A stretch of DNA of 64,000 bases from an uncultured bacterium (GCA_964607485.1 CAZSKP010000008.1:81478-145477), one strand, 5' to 3'; shown: positions 38,877-49,037, numbered from the stretch's first letter. The notes: generated by a model not told the origin, from the sequence alone. Translations and numbers: made by a program.

Positions 38877-40418
38877 TCAGGAACGGTCGCCCTTGACCAT
38901 GTTCGCGACCAGCTTGCGAAGCTCCTTTTTTTGAATCTTGCCGATGGGATTCTTCGGCATCGAGTCTAGGAATTCGATCTTTCTCGGGCACTTGTATTTT
39001 GCCAGGTGCGACCGGCAGTGGGCGATCAGTTCCTCGGCGTTCGCCCGACCGTCGGGCTTGAGCGTCACGTATGCGACCACTTCTTCCCCCATCAGCTCGT
39101 CCGGCATGCCCACAACCGCCGCCTCGGCGACCGCCGGGTGCTTGTGGAGAACCTCCTCGATGTCTTTCGGGTAGATGTTGAACCCGCCCCGAATGATGAG
39201 GTCCTTCTTCCGTTCCACGATGTACAGGTGGGCGTCCTCGTCGAGATATCCCATATCGCCCGTGTGCAGCCATCCGCCCCGGAGCACCTGCTGCGTCTCC
39301 TCGGGCATCTTGTAGTAGCCCTTCATCACGTTATCGCCCCGGCACACGACTTCTCCGACCGTGTTCGGCGGAAGCTCGTTGTCGTTCTCGTCGAAAATCT
39401 TCACCTCGACGCCTACCAGCGCCGGGCCGACGGAACCCAGCTTGCGGGGAACTGACTCCCTCTGAACGGCCACGTTGGGCGACGCCTCGGTCAGCCCGTA
39501 GCCCTGATACATCTCTCCTCCGAACTTCTCCTCGAACTGTCGGAGTTTTTCTTTGGGCATAGGGGCCGCGCCGACAAGCCAAGAGGTAGCGGATGATGTG
39601 TCATATTTGTCGGCGTCGGGATAGTGAAGCATGTAAATGAACATCGTCGGCACGCCGGCCATGGCGGTGACGCGGTACTTCTCTATGGAGCGAAACACGA
39701 CCTCGAGGTCGAACCAGCGCAGGAGCACCCCCCTTCCCTTCCTGTCGCTCACATACCCGGCCACGAGCAGCCCCAGCCCGTAGGAGTGCGAAAGCGGCAG
39801 CACCGACAGGAACACGTCGCCTCGGTCGGTGTCGCCCGCCGTATTCTTCGAGTTCAGCGCGTTGGCGCGGAGGTTCTTGTGCGAGAGCATGACGCCCTTT
39901 GGCCTGCCGGTGGTTCCCGAGGTGTACAGCAGTGCGGCCATGTCTTCGTCGTCGGTGGGGTGGATGGAATCTTCCGGCTCCGACTCGGCGACGAGCCGGT
40001 TGAACGAAATCGTGCCGGGATGCTCCTCGTCCCCGACGATTATCGCGTGCTGCAGCGAGGGAGCGTTTTGTCGGGCTTCCTCGACCTTGTACAGGAACTC
40101 GGGCGCGGTTATTATGGCGACAGCCTCACAGTCGGCGGCGATGTAGGAAACTTCGTGCGCATCCAGGAGGAAAAGAACCGGCACGATCACGGCCCCTATC
40201 CGCCATATCGCCGGGTATGACATCAACACTTCCGGACAGTTCGGCATGAGCACCATGACCCTGTCGCCCGGCTGAATGCCGAGACGTTTCAGCCCGCGCG
40301 CGAGTCGTTTGGAGTTTTCGTGCATTTGCACGTTCGTGTGTTCCTTGTCCTCGAAAATCAGTGTGACGTATTCTCCGAATTCACGAATTTTCCGTCCAGC
40401 CAGCTCAGCCAGGTTCAT
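38877..40418 (-). CDS. Long-chain fatty acid-CoA ligase
   Basis: YTSGTTGRPKG, YGLTE, HTGDMG and GKIQKKELR motifs. Confidence 0.93.
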   Translation of the reverse strand: MNLAELAGRKIREFGEYVTLIFEDKEHTNVQMHENSKRLARGLKRLGIQPGDRVMVLMPNCPEVLMSYPAIWRIGAVIVPVLFLLDAHEVSYIAADCEAVAIITAPEFLYKVEEARQNAPSLQHAIIVGDEEHPGTISFNRLVAESEPEDSIHPTDDEDMAALLYTSGTTGRPKGVMLSHKNLRANALNSKNTAGDTDRGDVFLSVLPLSHSYGLGLLVAGYVSDRKGRGVLLRWFDLEVVFRSIEKYRVTAMAGVPTMFIYMLHYPDADKYDTSSATSWLVGAAPMPKEKLRQFEEKFGGEMYQGYGLTEASPNVAVQRESVPRKLGSVGPALVGVEVKIFDENDNELPPNTVGEVVCRGDNVMKGYYKMPEETQQVLRGGWLHTGDMGYLDEDAHLYIVERKKDLIIRGGFNIYPKDIEEVLHKHPAVAEAAVVGMPDELMGEEVVAYVTLKPDGRANAEELIAHCRSHLAKYKCPRKIEFLDSMPKNPIGKIQKKELRKLVANMVKGDRS

Positions 40419-40484
40419 TGCTGCCTCCTGCGCTCCTTTCAGATTACGCCAAAAAAAACAGGCGCCACGTAAGACTTCTTGCTA

Positions 40485-40513
40485 TTGACAGAAATCGAGA
40501 TACATGTTAAAAT
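40485..40513 (+). promoter_or_regulatory. Strong sigma70 promoter driving a putative ncRNA
   Basis: TTGACA-17-TAAAAT with an extended -10 TG; no ORF downstream on the + strand. Confidence 0.8.
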
Positions 40514-40519
40514 ATGTTT

Positions 40520-40614
40520 GAGCGATAGGCCCTTCCCGGGGGTCCTGAGTGTTCCCCTCCATAGGTGGGCAAAAGCTCAGGAAAGAACGACCCCGGGAGG
40601 CACGCTCTTTTTTT
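40520..40614 (+). ncRNA. Structured RNA convergent on the DUF3800-like gene
   Basis: Nested stems GAGCG/CGCTC, TCCCGGGG/CCCCGGGA and TCCTGAG/CTCAGGA, followed by a T7 tract. Confidence 0.65.
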
Positions 40615-41260
40615 ATGGCAAGTAGAGTCCATCATGAAGAATCTTGCCTTGAAATATATCGTACCACTTTCTATCGCGCTTTTCGTATTTCCTGAATATT
40701 CCCCAAGCGAACAAGTCTGTGGCCTGTAAGACTTTATCGTCCTGACTGGACAAATGGTCTATTGCCACGGGAACTTTCGTCGGGTCGAACCGAGATTTCA
40801 GTTGAGTCAATACATAATTATTGAATTCAGCGATTTCCGGTTTTGCTTTGCATTTATCTAAGACGAGCTGCACCCTGTCTGTAGCTTGCTCAAAAGGAAT
40901 CTTATCCAGCGTCAACCTTGCGATCCAATTATAGACCCTGTCTTTCTCCCTGGTAAGGTGTTCAAAAACTCTCTTCTTGTTCAAGGTCACTGAATATATG
41001 CCGAACTTGTCGTTTTCGATTCTGCTAAAGAAATATTTCTTGACACTCAATGCCGTGTTAGTTCCTTTGAGTTCCTGAACTCTATCTTCTCTTGACTTGT
41101 TGAGCTTCCTTCTCAATGTTTTCTCAACCATCTTCCCGATATGTTTGAAGGAATTCCGGTCAGAAGTGGCGAGTATGCAAACTGTGAAAAAATTAGAGGG
41201 CTTCTTGTTCACGAAATCGAATCCCAAATCACCGCTCTCATCAAGATATAGCCACCACAC
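40613..41260 (-). CDS. DUF3800-like protein (RNase H-like acidic motif pattern, AT-richer)
   Basis: LYLDESGDLGF, ELKG, VLD and LQATDLFAW motifs. Confidence 0.85.
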   Translation of the reverse strand: MWWLYLDESGDLGFDFVNKKPSNFFTVCILATSDRNSFKHIGKMVEKTLRRKLNKSREDRVQELKGTNTALSVKKYFFSRIENDKFGIYSVTLNKKRVFEHLTREKDRVYNWIARLTLDKIPFEQATDRVQLVLDKCKAKPEIAEFNNYVLTQLKSRFDPTKVPVAIDHLSSQDDKVLQATDLFAWGIFRKYEKRDRKWYDIFQGKILHDGLYLP

Positions 41261-41294
41261 TCTGAAACCCCCTATATGTCTCGTAAGTCATTAG

Positions 41295-41323
41295 ATGTTA
41301 TCGTGTCAAACTGATTAAGTCAA
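41295..41323 (-). promoter_or_regulatory. Sigma70 promoter for the DUF3800-like gene
   Basis: Minus strand TTGACT-17-TAACAT. Confidence 0.55.
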
Positions 41324-41477
41324 GAGAGGTTGAGCTATGCGCTGTAAATGCCGAGACTCCTTTCCTCTCGTCAGGACATTATCCAGGTCGGGTTGCTCTG
41401 GATTAACGTATCTGATAGAATATGATTGTAACCGTCACGCGTCACGATGATGGCAAATTTATCCGGGAGAATATGTA

Positions 41478-41777
41478 ATGGCCGACACGGCTGATGGAAA
41501 GACGCTCGAACAGACAGAGGAAAGACTCCTCAAGGGTTCCGAGAAATACGCACAGCGGGCGGGCTACAAATTGAACCCTGACACCGAGGTGGTCAGGACC
41601 ATCATATCCGGACTCGCGAAAAACAAGGCGAAACACGGGCGCGCATATTGTCCGTGCATGTTTGTCACCGGCGACCCCGACGAGGACAAGAAAATCATAT
41701 GCCCTTGCCGGGTTCACCGAGAGGATATAGAGAAGCACGGGAAGTGTCATTGCGGGCTTTTCGTGAAGGCGAACTGA
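41478..41777 (+). CDS. Ferredoxin:thioredoxin reductase catalytic subunit
   Basis: CPC...CPC...CHC motifs. Confidence 0.9.
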   Translation: MADTADGKTLEQTEERLLKGSEKYAQRAGYKLNPDTEVVRTIISGLAKNKAKHGRAYCPCMFVTGDPDEDKKIICPCRVHREDIEKHGKCHCGLFVKAN

Positions 41778-41835
41778 GCCAACCGCCCTCCGAAAGCGGC
41801 CCGGTTTCCGGCCCATCCACAGCGACAGCACTCAC

Positions 41836-42765
41836 GTGGCAAGAAGAGCCGTCATAACATCCTTCGCGAAGATCAACCTCTTCCTCGACGTCGTCTGCAA
41901 GCGGCGCGACGGCTATCACAACATCGAGACCGTGCTCCAGACCGTCGGGCTCAGCGACGTCATGGAGATAGAGGTCACCTCGACGGGAGTCGAAATAAGC
42001 TGTGACGACCCTGCCGTTCCAACCGACGAGAGCAACCTCGCCTGCAAGGCGTTTCTCGGGCTGAAAGAAGCCCTGGGCTACAGGGGCGGCGTCAGAATAA
42101 GAATAGAAAAGAATATTCCACCGCGCTCGGGGCTCGGAGGCGGCAGCTCCAACGCGGCCGCGACGCTCGTGGCGTTGAATCACCTCCTAGAAGGCGGATT
42201 GTCCGACGACCGACTGCGGGAGATTGCCGCGGGCATAGGCGCGGATGTCCCCTTCTTCATCTCGGGAGGACTCGCCGCCGCCTGGCGGATAGGCGACAAG
42301 CTCGCACCGCTTCCGGCGCCGCCCAGGAGCTTGATTGTGCTCGCGATACCCCGCGACCTTGGGGTGTCCACTGCGGCGGCATATCGCATGGTCGCCGCTC
42401 CGGAATGCGAAGGGCCCGTGCCCGAAAAGCTGTCGGAATGCAGCGGCAGGCTGAACGCGTGCGTGAAGGCGCTCGACTCGCCCAGCCCGCTGGGGATGAA
42501 TGAGGAGGTCGGAACGGTTCTGCATAACAGTTTGGAGCAGCCCGTGTTCTCGCTGCACCCCGAAATCGCCGAGCTAAAGGCTCTGCTGCTTGGGGCGGGC
42601 GCGAAGGGCGCGCTGATGAGCGGGTCGGGCAGCGCGGTTTTCGGTCTGGCCGAATCGTTCGAGCACGCCGAGGAAATCATGAGGGCGGTCGGAAGGTCCG
42701 CCTCCTGCACGTGCCTCACGGTTGCAACGGTCGGCTGCGGGTCGGAGCTGCAATCGCAAAGGTAA
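41836..42765 (+). CDS. ispE: 4-diphosphocytidyl-2-C-methyl-D-erythritol kinase
   Basis: AKINLFL, GLGGGSSNAA, GADVPFF and MSGSGS motifs. Confidence 0.95.
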   Translation: MARRAVITSFAKINLFLDVVCKRRDGYHNIETVLQTVGLSDVMEIEVTSTGVEISCDDPAVPTDESNLACKAFLGLKEALGYRGGVRIRIEKNIPPRSGLGGGSSNAAATLVALNHLLEGGLSDDRLREIAAGIGADVPFFISGGLAAAWRIGDKLAPLPAPPRSLIVLAIPRDLGVSTAAAYRMVAAPECEGPVPEKLSECSGRLNACVKALDSPSPLGMNEEVGTVLHNSLEQPVFSLHPEIAELKALLLGAGAKGALMSGSGSAVFGLAESFEHAEEIMRAVGRSASCTCLTVATVGCGSELQSQR

Positions 42766-42915
42766 TTTCCCCGATTGCGCGCCCAGTATGGGTGTGATAA
42801 TATAAATAGACAACGTGTCGCCGTGAGCCTTTCGGTTTTCGATAGATTGCGAAACAACCGGGGAGGAGGATAACGGGGAAGGGGTCGCAAGAAATCTCTT
42901 TTCCGGAGTCAGGTA

Positions 42916-43452
42916 ATGGTTTCTGCGAAGGCAAAATTGACTCCGTCGGACGTGAGAGAAAGCCGGTTCTTTGTCGATTTCTCCGACAGAGAGATAGCCG
43001 AGTTGTTGAGAGTGTGCGATGTGCACGTTTTCAAGCCCGGAGAAATCGTCGTGAGAGAGCGCGACGTTTCGCAGGATATTTTTGTGGTCCTTTCGGGGAG
43101 GGTGCGCATCGGGAAAGCATTGTACGCCGGTGACGAAAAAGAGATCGACTCCCTCGGGCCGGGAGAATTTTTCGGTGAAATGGCGTTTCTGGACGGCGGT
43201 CCCCGGTCGGCCAATGTGTCCTGTGTCGAGGAGTCCACGCTGCTCAGGATTGACAGACACTCCTTCGAGAAACTGGTCGCAAGACGACCGGGCATCGGCT
43301 ATAAGGTGACGATGAAGATAGCCTGCGCGCTTGCCGAACGCCTCCGCGCGTCGAACGACGTGGTCGAAGACTTCTTTTCCAATCCCAACAAGGCCATCGT
43401 CGAGTTCAAGACACGCCTCCTGAAGATACAGACCATGCTGATGAGGAGATGA
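42916..43452 (+). CDS. Cyclic nucleotide-binding domain protein
   Basis: GEFFGEMAFLDGGPRSA motif. Confidence 0.9.
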   Translation: MVSAKAKLTPSDVRESRFFVDFSDREIAELLRVCDVHVFKPGEIVVRERDVSQDIFVVLSGRVRIGKALYAGDEKEIDSLGPGEFFGEMAFLDGGPRSANVSCVEESTLLRIDRHSFEKLVARRPGIGYKVTMKIACALAERLRASNDVVEDFFSNPNKAIVEFKTRLLKIQTMLMRR

Positions 43453-44696
43453 CCGTCCGCTTCCATTTCGGCGCAGGAGTCGAACCCGCCGAGCGCAGGC
43501 AGAAGACGGCCGCCCTCGGCTCAGCCCTCACAGCCGCACTCCTCATAATTTTCATTGGCGTATGTCCGGCGAGCGGCGAACATTTTTACAGCGACAAGTT
43601 CGACCGTCGCACGAATGCTACTTCCGCCACGCTCCATTCCCAAATTCTCGGCCGTGAAATTCATTATTCAATCTATCTGCCGCCGAGCTACTTTGAGCAG
43701 CCCGTTCGAGAGTATCCCGTCATTTACTATCTGCACGGTTTCGACACAAAAGGGGTCGGGTATCAAGACTGGCTCACCTGGCATCTGGACGAACTGCTTG
43801 ACGGACTGATCGCGGCCGGGGCGGTTCGGGAAATGGTCGTGGTCATGCCCGAGTGTTTTGCCAGCGGGATTGTTGTAAACTGGGGGCGCTATCCTCCGCC
43901 GAGGCTGCCGCCGCCGCTCACGTTTCCCTTCAGGCTGCTGCGGGGCGCGTGTCGCTCCGCCGCCGAGCCGACCTACCTGGGCACCTATCTCTTTCTCCAC
44001 CGGTGGGACCTCACGCGTTCCGATTATGCCGATTTCCTGACGACCGAATTCTTCCGGCACATAGAGGAGAACTACCGCGTAAAGGGCGAAAGAAATTTCC
44101 GCGCCGTTTGCGGTTTCTCGACCGGAGGCCATAGCGCCCTGTCGATAGCGTTTCAGAATGCCGACCTGTTCGACTCGGTCAGCGCGCATGCCCCCATACT
44201 GGTCTCCTGCTCGCCGTTCTCACGCCGCGCAGGGGAAGCATTTGTGGAGTTCGACCCCAAGCGAGGCGAATTCGTCGCCCAACGCTTCACGATAAACCTG
44301 CTTCGCAGAATCTTTGCAAACGAGGAGACGTGGCGGGCCAATAACCCCATCGACCTCGCACGCGGGCGGGCCTTTGAGGGACTGAGCATGTACATAGATG
44401 TTGCCGAGGGGGACAAGAGGAAGTATGACCTGGGAGCACGCGAACTCGTCGCCGCCTTGAGCGAGCGCGGGGCGCCGGTGCAATTCGAATTGGTCAAGGG
44501 GCTGTCGCCGGTCTCGAGTCACACGTATCCGGGGTTTCTAGGCGGGAAGCTCGTCGCGGAACGCACACGGGGCATGTCGGAAAAAGAACTCCGCAGGCGG
44601 TACGGTTGGAAGAACTTGAAGAACCTCATCGACCCGAGCGTTCAACGGCTCGAGCACTCGCTGAGGTTCCACTCGAGAGAATTTTCCAGGGAATGA
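43449..44696 (+). CDS. Alpha/beta-hydrolase esterase family protein
   Basis: YSIYLPPSY, YPVIYYLHG and GFSTGG nucleophile elbow. Confidence 0.85.
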   Translation: MTVRFHFGAGVEPAERRQKTAALGSALTAALLIIFIGVCPASGEHFYSDKFDRRTNATSATLHSQILGREIHYSIYLPPSYFEQPVREYPVIYYLHGFDTKGVGYQDWLTWHLDELLDGLIAAGAVREMVVVMPECFASGIVVNWGRYPPPRLPPPLTFPFRLLRGACRSAAEPTYLGTYLFLHRWDLTRSDYADFLTTEFFRHIEENYRVKGERNFRAVCGFSTGGHSALSIAFQNADLFDSVSAHAPILVSCSPFSRRAGEAFVEFDPKRGEFVAQRFTINLLRRIFANEETWRANNPIDLARGRAFEGLSMYIDVAEGDKRKYDLGARELVAALSERGAPVQFELVKGLSPVSSHTYPGFLGGKLVAERTRGMSEKELRRRYGWKNLKNLIDPSVQRLEHSLRFHSREFSRE

Positions 44697-44722
44697 TGTT
44701 CAGGTTGAGCCGCCCGCGCGGT

Positions 44723-44848
44723 TCACTGGCCTAGCCAAATCATCAGCGACTTGAGCGTTACGGCCAGCACCGACGCGACCAGAATCAGCACAAGCAGGAA
44801 AAAGCCGATTGTGTAGCGGGACTGCTCTTCTTTGTGTTGCCCTTTCAT
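44723..44848 (-). CDS. Small single-TM protein (41 aa)
   Basis: MKGQHKEEQSRYTIGFFLLVLILVASVLAVTLKSLMIWLGQ with an AAGGGGGG RBS; below the ORF-track cutoff. Confidence 0.55.
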   Translation of the reverse strand: MKGQHKEEQSRYTIGFFLLVLILVASVLAVTLKSLMIWLGQ

Positions 44849-44915
44849 GACGCCCCCCTTGAAGAGCCTTCCGAATTCCTCGCTTTCTCCTTTCCTCTCC
44901 TTAGCAAAGATTATA

Positions 44916-45938
44916 TCATTCAGCCGTCCGATTTGTCACCAGGATTTTTTTGGGGCGGGCCGCCGGCCGTTTCTTCTTCGCCTTGGTCTTGGCGGAAGGC
45001 GAATAGGTTTCGACCCTGTTGCGCCCTTTTCGCTTGGCGGCATACAGGGCGTCGTCGGCCATTCGGAGGAAATCGTTCGCGTCGGCGGGCCCGTGAGCGG
45101 GCAGGTTGCAGAGTCCTATGCTCAGGGTGATGCTCGTCTGTTTCCGGCCGAGCTTGAAGACGGTGTCCTCGACGGAGGTGCGCAGCCGGTTGGCCACGAC
45201 GAGCGCCCCCGCCAGCATCGTGTGGGGGAGAACTATGAAGAATTCCTCGCCCCCGACACGCGTGCACACGTCGCCGTGCCGGAGGGTGCGGACGAGGAGC
45301 TTTGCCAACCGCTTGAGCACAATGTCGCCCGCGGGATGTCCGAACCGGTCGTTCACGGCCTTGAACCGGTCGATGTCGAGCATCATGCAGGAGATCGGCA
45401 GGGAATACCTCTTGGACCGCTCGAACTCTTCGCTCAGTCTCTCCTTCAGGTAGCGTCGATTGTAGAGGCCGGTGAGGTCGTCGGTCATGATGAGCTGGGC
45501 CGTTCTCTTCGACGCCTTCTCCATTCGAATTTCGAGTTCGCGAGCATATTCCCGCATCGATTTTTCCGCCGCCTTCACGATGTCCGACTGCGTCACCAAG
45601 CCTATGAGCTCGTTGTGCTCGTTGACGACGGGGAAACGCCTGAATCCTTCCTTGCGCATGAATTTTATCGCGTTCTCCACGCTGGTGGTTTCCTTCAACG
45701 TGCATGCGGGCGAGCTCATGACGTCCTGAGCGAGAGTGGAATTGTTGATCTTCTTTTTCGACACCAGCCGGACGATATCCCGTTCGCTGAGGATGCCTAC
45801 CGGCTTGTGGTCGTCGACGATGATCGCGCAGCTAATCTTTCTGCGCGCCATTTCGGACATAATCTTTGTCAGCTTTTCCGTTCTCTTGCCGGTATAGACG
45901 TTTCGGACGACAAGCTTTGCGAGGCTATTATCCAACAT
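44916..45938 (-). CDS. CBS-domain diguanylate cyclase
   Basis: CBS pair, DDLTGLYNRR, DIDRFK, RxxD I-site (RHGD) and GGEEF. Confidence 0.93.
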   Translation of the reverse strand: MLDNSLAKLVVRNVYTGKRTEKLTKIMSEMARRKISCAIIVDDHKPVGILSERDIVRLVSKKKINNSTLAQDVMSSPACTLKETTSVENAIKFMRKEGFRRFPVVNEHNELIGLVTQSDIVKAAEKSMREYARELEIRMEKASKRTAQLIMTDDLTGLYNRRYLKERLSEEFERSKRYSLPISCMMLDIDRFKAVNDRFGHPAGDIVLKRLAKLLVRTLRHGDVCTRVGGEEFFIVLPHTMLAGALVVANRLRTSVEDTVFKLGRKQTSITLSIGLCNLPAHGPADANDFLRMADDALYAAKRKGRNRVETYSPSAKTKAKKKRPAARPKKILVTNRTAE

Positions 45939-46064
45939 GTGTTCCTCCAACCACCGAAATGATAAATCCGGGTCGTGATGAACTTGCCGGGCGACGAATG
46001 AGCTATTTTAGCAAGAACCGACGGGAAAAATCAATGAACGCTTTATCCTAACCATAAACCTCTG

Positions 46065-46093
46065 TTGACTTTGAAAATTGCCGAATGTATAAT
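46065..46093 (+). promoter_or_regulatory. Sigma70 promoter for uppS
   Basis: TTGACT-17-TATAAT. Confidence 0.7.
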
Positions 46094-46152
46094 GAAGCGC
46101 GGAAACTATCCCCCACTTTGTTTGTCCCGGAATCAGAAATCTCCGTTGAGCA

Positions 46153-46941
46153 ATGGCGAAATCTCTGAAAAAGACTGAAAAATTTCAGGGTCCCGAGAAA
46201 CCCATACCGCCGGCGCTGAAATCGCAGGTAGACCTTGCGCGGGTGCCGACACACGTGGCCGTCATCATGGACGGCAATGGCAGATGGGCGCACAAGAGGG
46301 GGCTGCCGCGGGTGGCCGGTCACCGCGCCGGCGCAAACACCGTTCGCGAAGTTGTCGAGGCGGCGCGCGAGCTCGGGATTCGGTACCTGACGCTGTACAC
46401 GTTTTCCAGGGAAAATTGGAAGCGTCCGAAACAGGAGATCCGGGCTCTGATGGGCCTGCTGCGAAAATACATGAAGGACGAATTGGAGGAAATGCTCCAC
46501 TACGGCATCGGGATGAGGGTCATGGGCCGCATCGAGACGCTGCCGCCGAAGCTGAGGGCTGAGATACAGGACACCGTCGCGAAGACTTCGCATTGCGACA
46601 AGATGACCGTCATCCTTGCGCTCAGTTACAGCGGGCGGATGGAGATAGTGGACGCAGCCCGCAAGATGGCCGCTCGCTGTCAGGCGGGGGAGCTGAAGCC
46701 GTCCGACATAGATGAGAAACTGTTCGCCGAGCACCTGTACATGCCCAAATGTCCGGAGCCCGACCTTCTCATCCGCACGAGCGGAGAATACAGGTTGAGC
46801 AACTTTATGCTGTGGCAGCTCTCGTACTCGGAGATATACATCACGCCGACCTTGTGGCCCGATTTCACCAAAGAAGACTTTTGCCGCGCCATCATTGATT
46901 ATCAAAAGAGGGACCGCCGTTTCGGAGGGGTTTCCCTTTGA
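46153..46941 (+). CDS. uppS: Undecaprenyl diphosphate synthase
   Basis: IMDGNGRWA, FSRENWKRP and RTSGEYRLSNF motifs. Confidence 0.96.
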   Translation: MAKSLKKTEKFQGPEKPIPPALKSQVDLARVPTHVAVIMDGNGRWAHKRGLPRVAGHRAGANTVREVVEAARELGIRYLTLYTFSRENWKRPKQEIRALMGLLRKYMKDELEEMLHYGIGMRVMGRIETLPPKLRAEIQDTVAKTSHCDKMTVILALSYSGRMEIVDAARKMAARCQAGELKPSDIDEKLFAEHLYMPKCPEPDLLIRTSGEYRLSNFMLWQLSYSEIYITPTLWPDFTKEDFCRAIIDYQKRDRRFGGVSL

Positions 46942-47807
46942 GTGAGGGAACGAAGAGCCGGAAGGCGAGGTACATCTCAGCCGCGGTCGGCATCCCGGTC
47001 GGAGTCGGCAGTTGCCTCTTTTTCCCCTCGTTTTTCGACCTGATGGCCGTCGTCCTCATCAACGTGGGCGTGGTTGAGTTCTACGCCATGGCCCGGCACC
47101 GGGGATTTTCGCCCCACAGCATCATCGGCACCTCATGCTCGGTCGCCGTCTGTCTGCTCGCGTGGGTGGGAAGCCCGATCGACATGCTCTATTGGCTCGC
47201 GGCGTCCGTCATCATCATTTGCACGTTCGCCATGGCGCGGAACATCCGCGACGCGATGGCCAACGCATCCGTCACGGTGTTCGGCATACTGTACGTCGGA
47301 TGGTTCTGCAGCCATGTGATTCTGCTCCGCCGGCTCTCGCTCCCGCACAGCGAGGCGGCCATCGACTTCGGGGGCGCGGGGTATGTTATAATGATATTGA
47401 TACTGCTCTGGTTGGGCGACGGCGGCGCGTTTTTCGCGGGAACCACCTGGGGACGTCACAAGTTGGTTCCGGAGGTCAGCCCGAACAAGACGGTCGAGGG
47501 CTCGCTCGGGGGCATCGCGATGACGCTCATAGGAGCGCTGCTCGTGAAGGACGCGGGCCGGCTGCTTGGCGCTTTTGATATTGCCCTCTTCCCCGACATG
47601 AGCTATGGATGGTATCTGCTGGTTGGATTGGGAGTCTCCGTCGCCGGGCAGATAGGCGACCTGTGCGAGTCGTACCTCAAGCGGGACGCCGGGCTGAAGG
47701 ACACGGGAAACCTGCTGCCGGGCCACGGCGGTTTCCTCGACCGGTTCGACAGCCTGCTTTTCGCTGCGCCGTTGTTTTATTATTTCTTGAAATTCGCGAA
47801 CCCGTAA
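46938..47807 (+). CDS. cdsA: Phosphatidate cytidylyltransferase
   Basis: SPNKTVEG and GDL.ES..KR..KD.G.LLPGHGG.LDRFDS motifs. Confidence 0.95.
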   Translation: MSEGTKSRKARYISAAVGIPVGVGSCLFFPSFFDLMAVVLINVGVVEFYAMARHRGFSPHSIIGTSCSVAVCLLAWVGSPIDMLYWLAASVIIICTFAMARNIRDAMANASVTVFGILYVGWFCSHVILLRRLSLPHSEAAIDFGGAGYVIMILILLWLGDGGAFFAGTTWGRHKLVPEVSPNKTVEGSLGGIAMTLIGALLVKDAGRLLGAFDIALFPDMSYGWYLLVGLGVSVAGQIGDLCESYLKRDAGLKDTGNLLPGHGGFLDRFDSLLFAAPLFYYFLKFANP

Positions 47808-47843
47808 GGCCGACATCACAAACCAGTCTGGAGATGAAAGACC

Positions 47844-48945
47844 ATGTGCGTTGAATGTAAAGAGCGAATAGAGGCGATCCGAAAAAGCATCAAGGAAGTG
47901 AGTGATTGCCTTTGACCCAGCCTCGGTCGAGAACGAGATAGAAGCACTCGAGAAGAGGGTCAGCGCCCCCGATTTCTGGAACGACGCCGACTCCGCCCAG
48001 AAGGCGTTGAAGAAGCTGAGCTCCCTCAAGGCGTCGCTCCAGCAGGTCGAAACGCTTGACGGCCGCCGGAGAGAACTCGCCGAACTCATAGACCTCACGG
48101 AACAAGAGGCCGACCTGTCGCTCGAATCGGAGATCAGGGCCAGCCTGGACGAACTGGAAAAGGAAGTCGGCGAGTGGGTCCGCCTCAGCATGCTCAACGG
48201 CGAGACCGACCCCAACGACGCCATCGTCACCATCCATTCCGGAGCCGGCGGGACTGAGTCGTGCGACTGGGCCGCCATGCTCCTCAGGATGTACACGCGC
48301 TGGGCCGAGCAACACGGATACGCGACCGAAATTGTCGATTCCATCGAGGGAGACGAGGCGGGCATAAAGAGCGTCACCCTCACCATCAGCGGCCCGTACG
48401 CCTACGGATACCTCAAGAGCGAGGACGGAGTTCACCGGCTGGTTCGGATATCCCCGTTCGACGCCAACAAGCGACGCCACACCTCCTTCGCCTCCGTCGA
48501 GGTGATAGCGGAAGTCGAAGACGACATCGTCGTCGATATCAACGATGCCGACCTTCGCGTGGATACGTACAGGGCCAGCGGCGCGGGCGGCCAGCACGTG
48601 AACAAGACGAGCTCCGCCGTCAGGATAACGCACATGCCGACCGGCATCGTGGTGCAGTGTCAGAACGAAAGGTCGCAACACAAGAACCGGGCCATGGCGA
48701 TGAAGCTTCTGCGCGCGAAGATTTACGACCACTACGAGAAGAAGCGACAGGCCGAGCTTGCCGCTCAGCGGGGCAAACAGGAAGAAATCGCCTGGGGCAG
48801 CCAGATACGCTCTTACGTGTTGCAGCCGTATCAAATGGCGAAGGATCACCGCACCGGGATAGAAATCGGGAATGTGAACGCCGTCCTCGACGGCGACATC
48901 GACCCGTTCATCAGCGGCTATTTGCAGAAGCAGTTCGCGAAATAG
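47844..48945 (+). CDS. prfB: Peptide chain release factor 2 with a programmed +1 frameshift at CTT-TGA-C (47910-47916)
   Basis: A 23-codon ORF0 from ATG 47844 ends CTT TGA C; the +1 frame contains the SPF and GGQ motifs. Confidence 0.95.
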
Positions 48946-49008
48946 GCTCAAACGTGTTCTTCTGATAATTAGTCCGCGACAGAGACGGCTTTTCGCTTTC
49001 TAGTTTCC

Positions 49009-49037
49009 TTGACACCCCGAGCATCGGAAACTATAAT
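49009..49037 (+). promoter_or_regulatory. Consensus sigma70 promoter for the lysS operon
   Basis: TTGACA-17-TATAAT. Confidence 0.85.
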
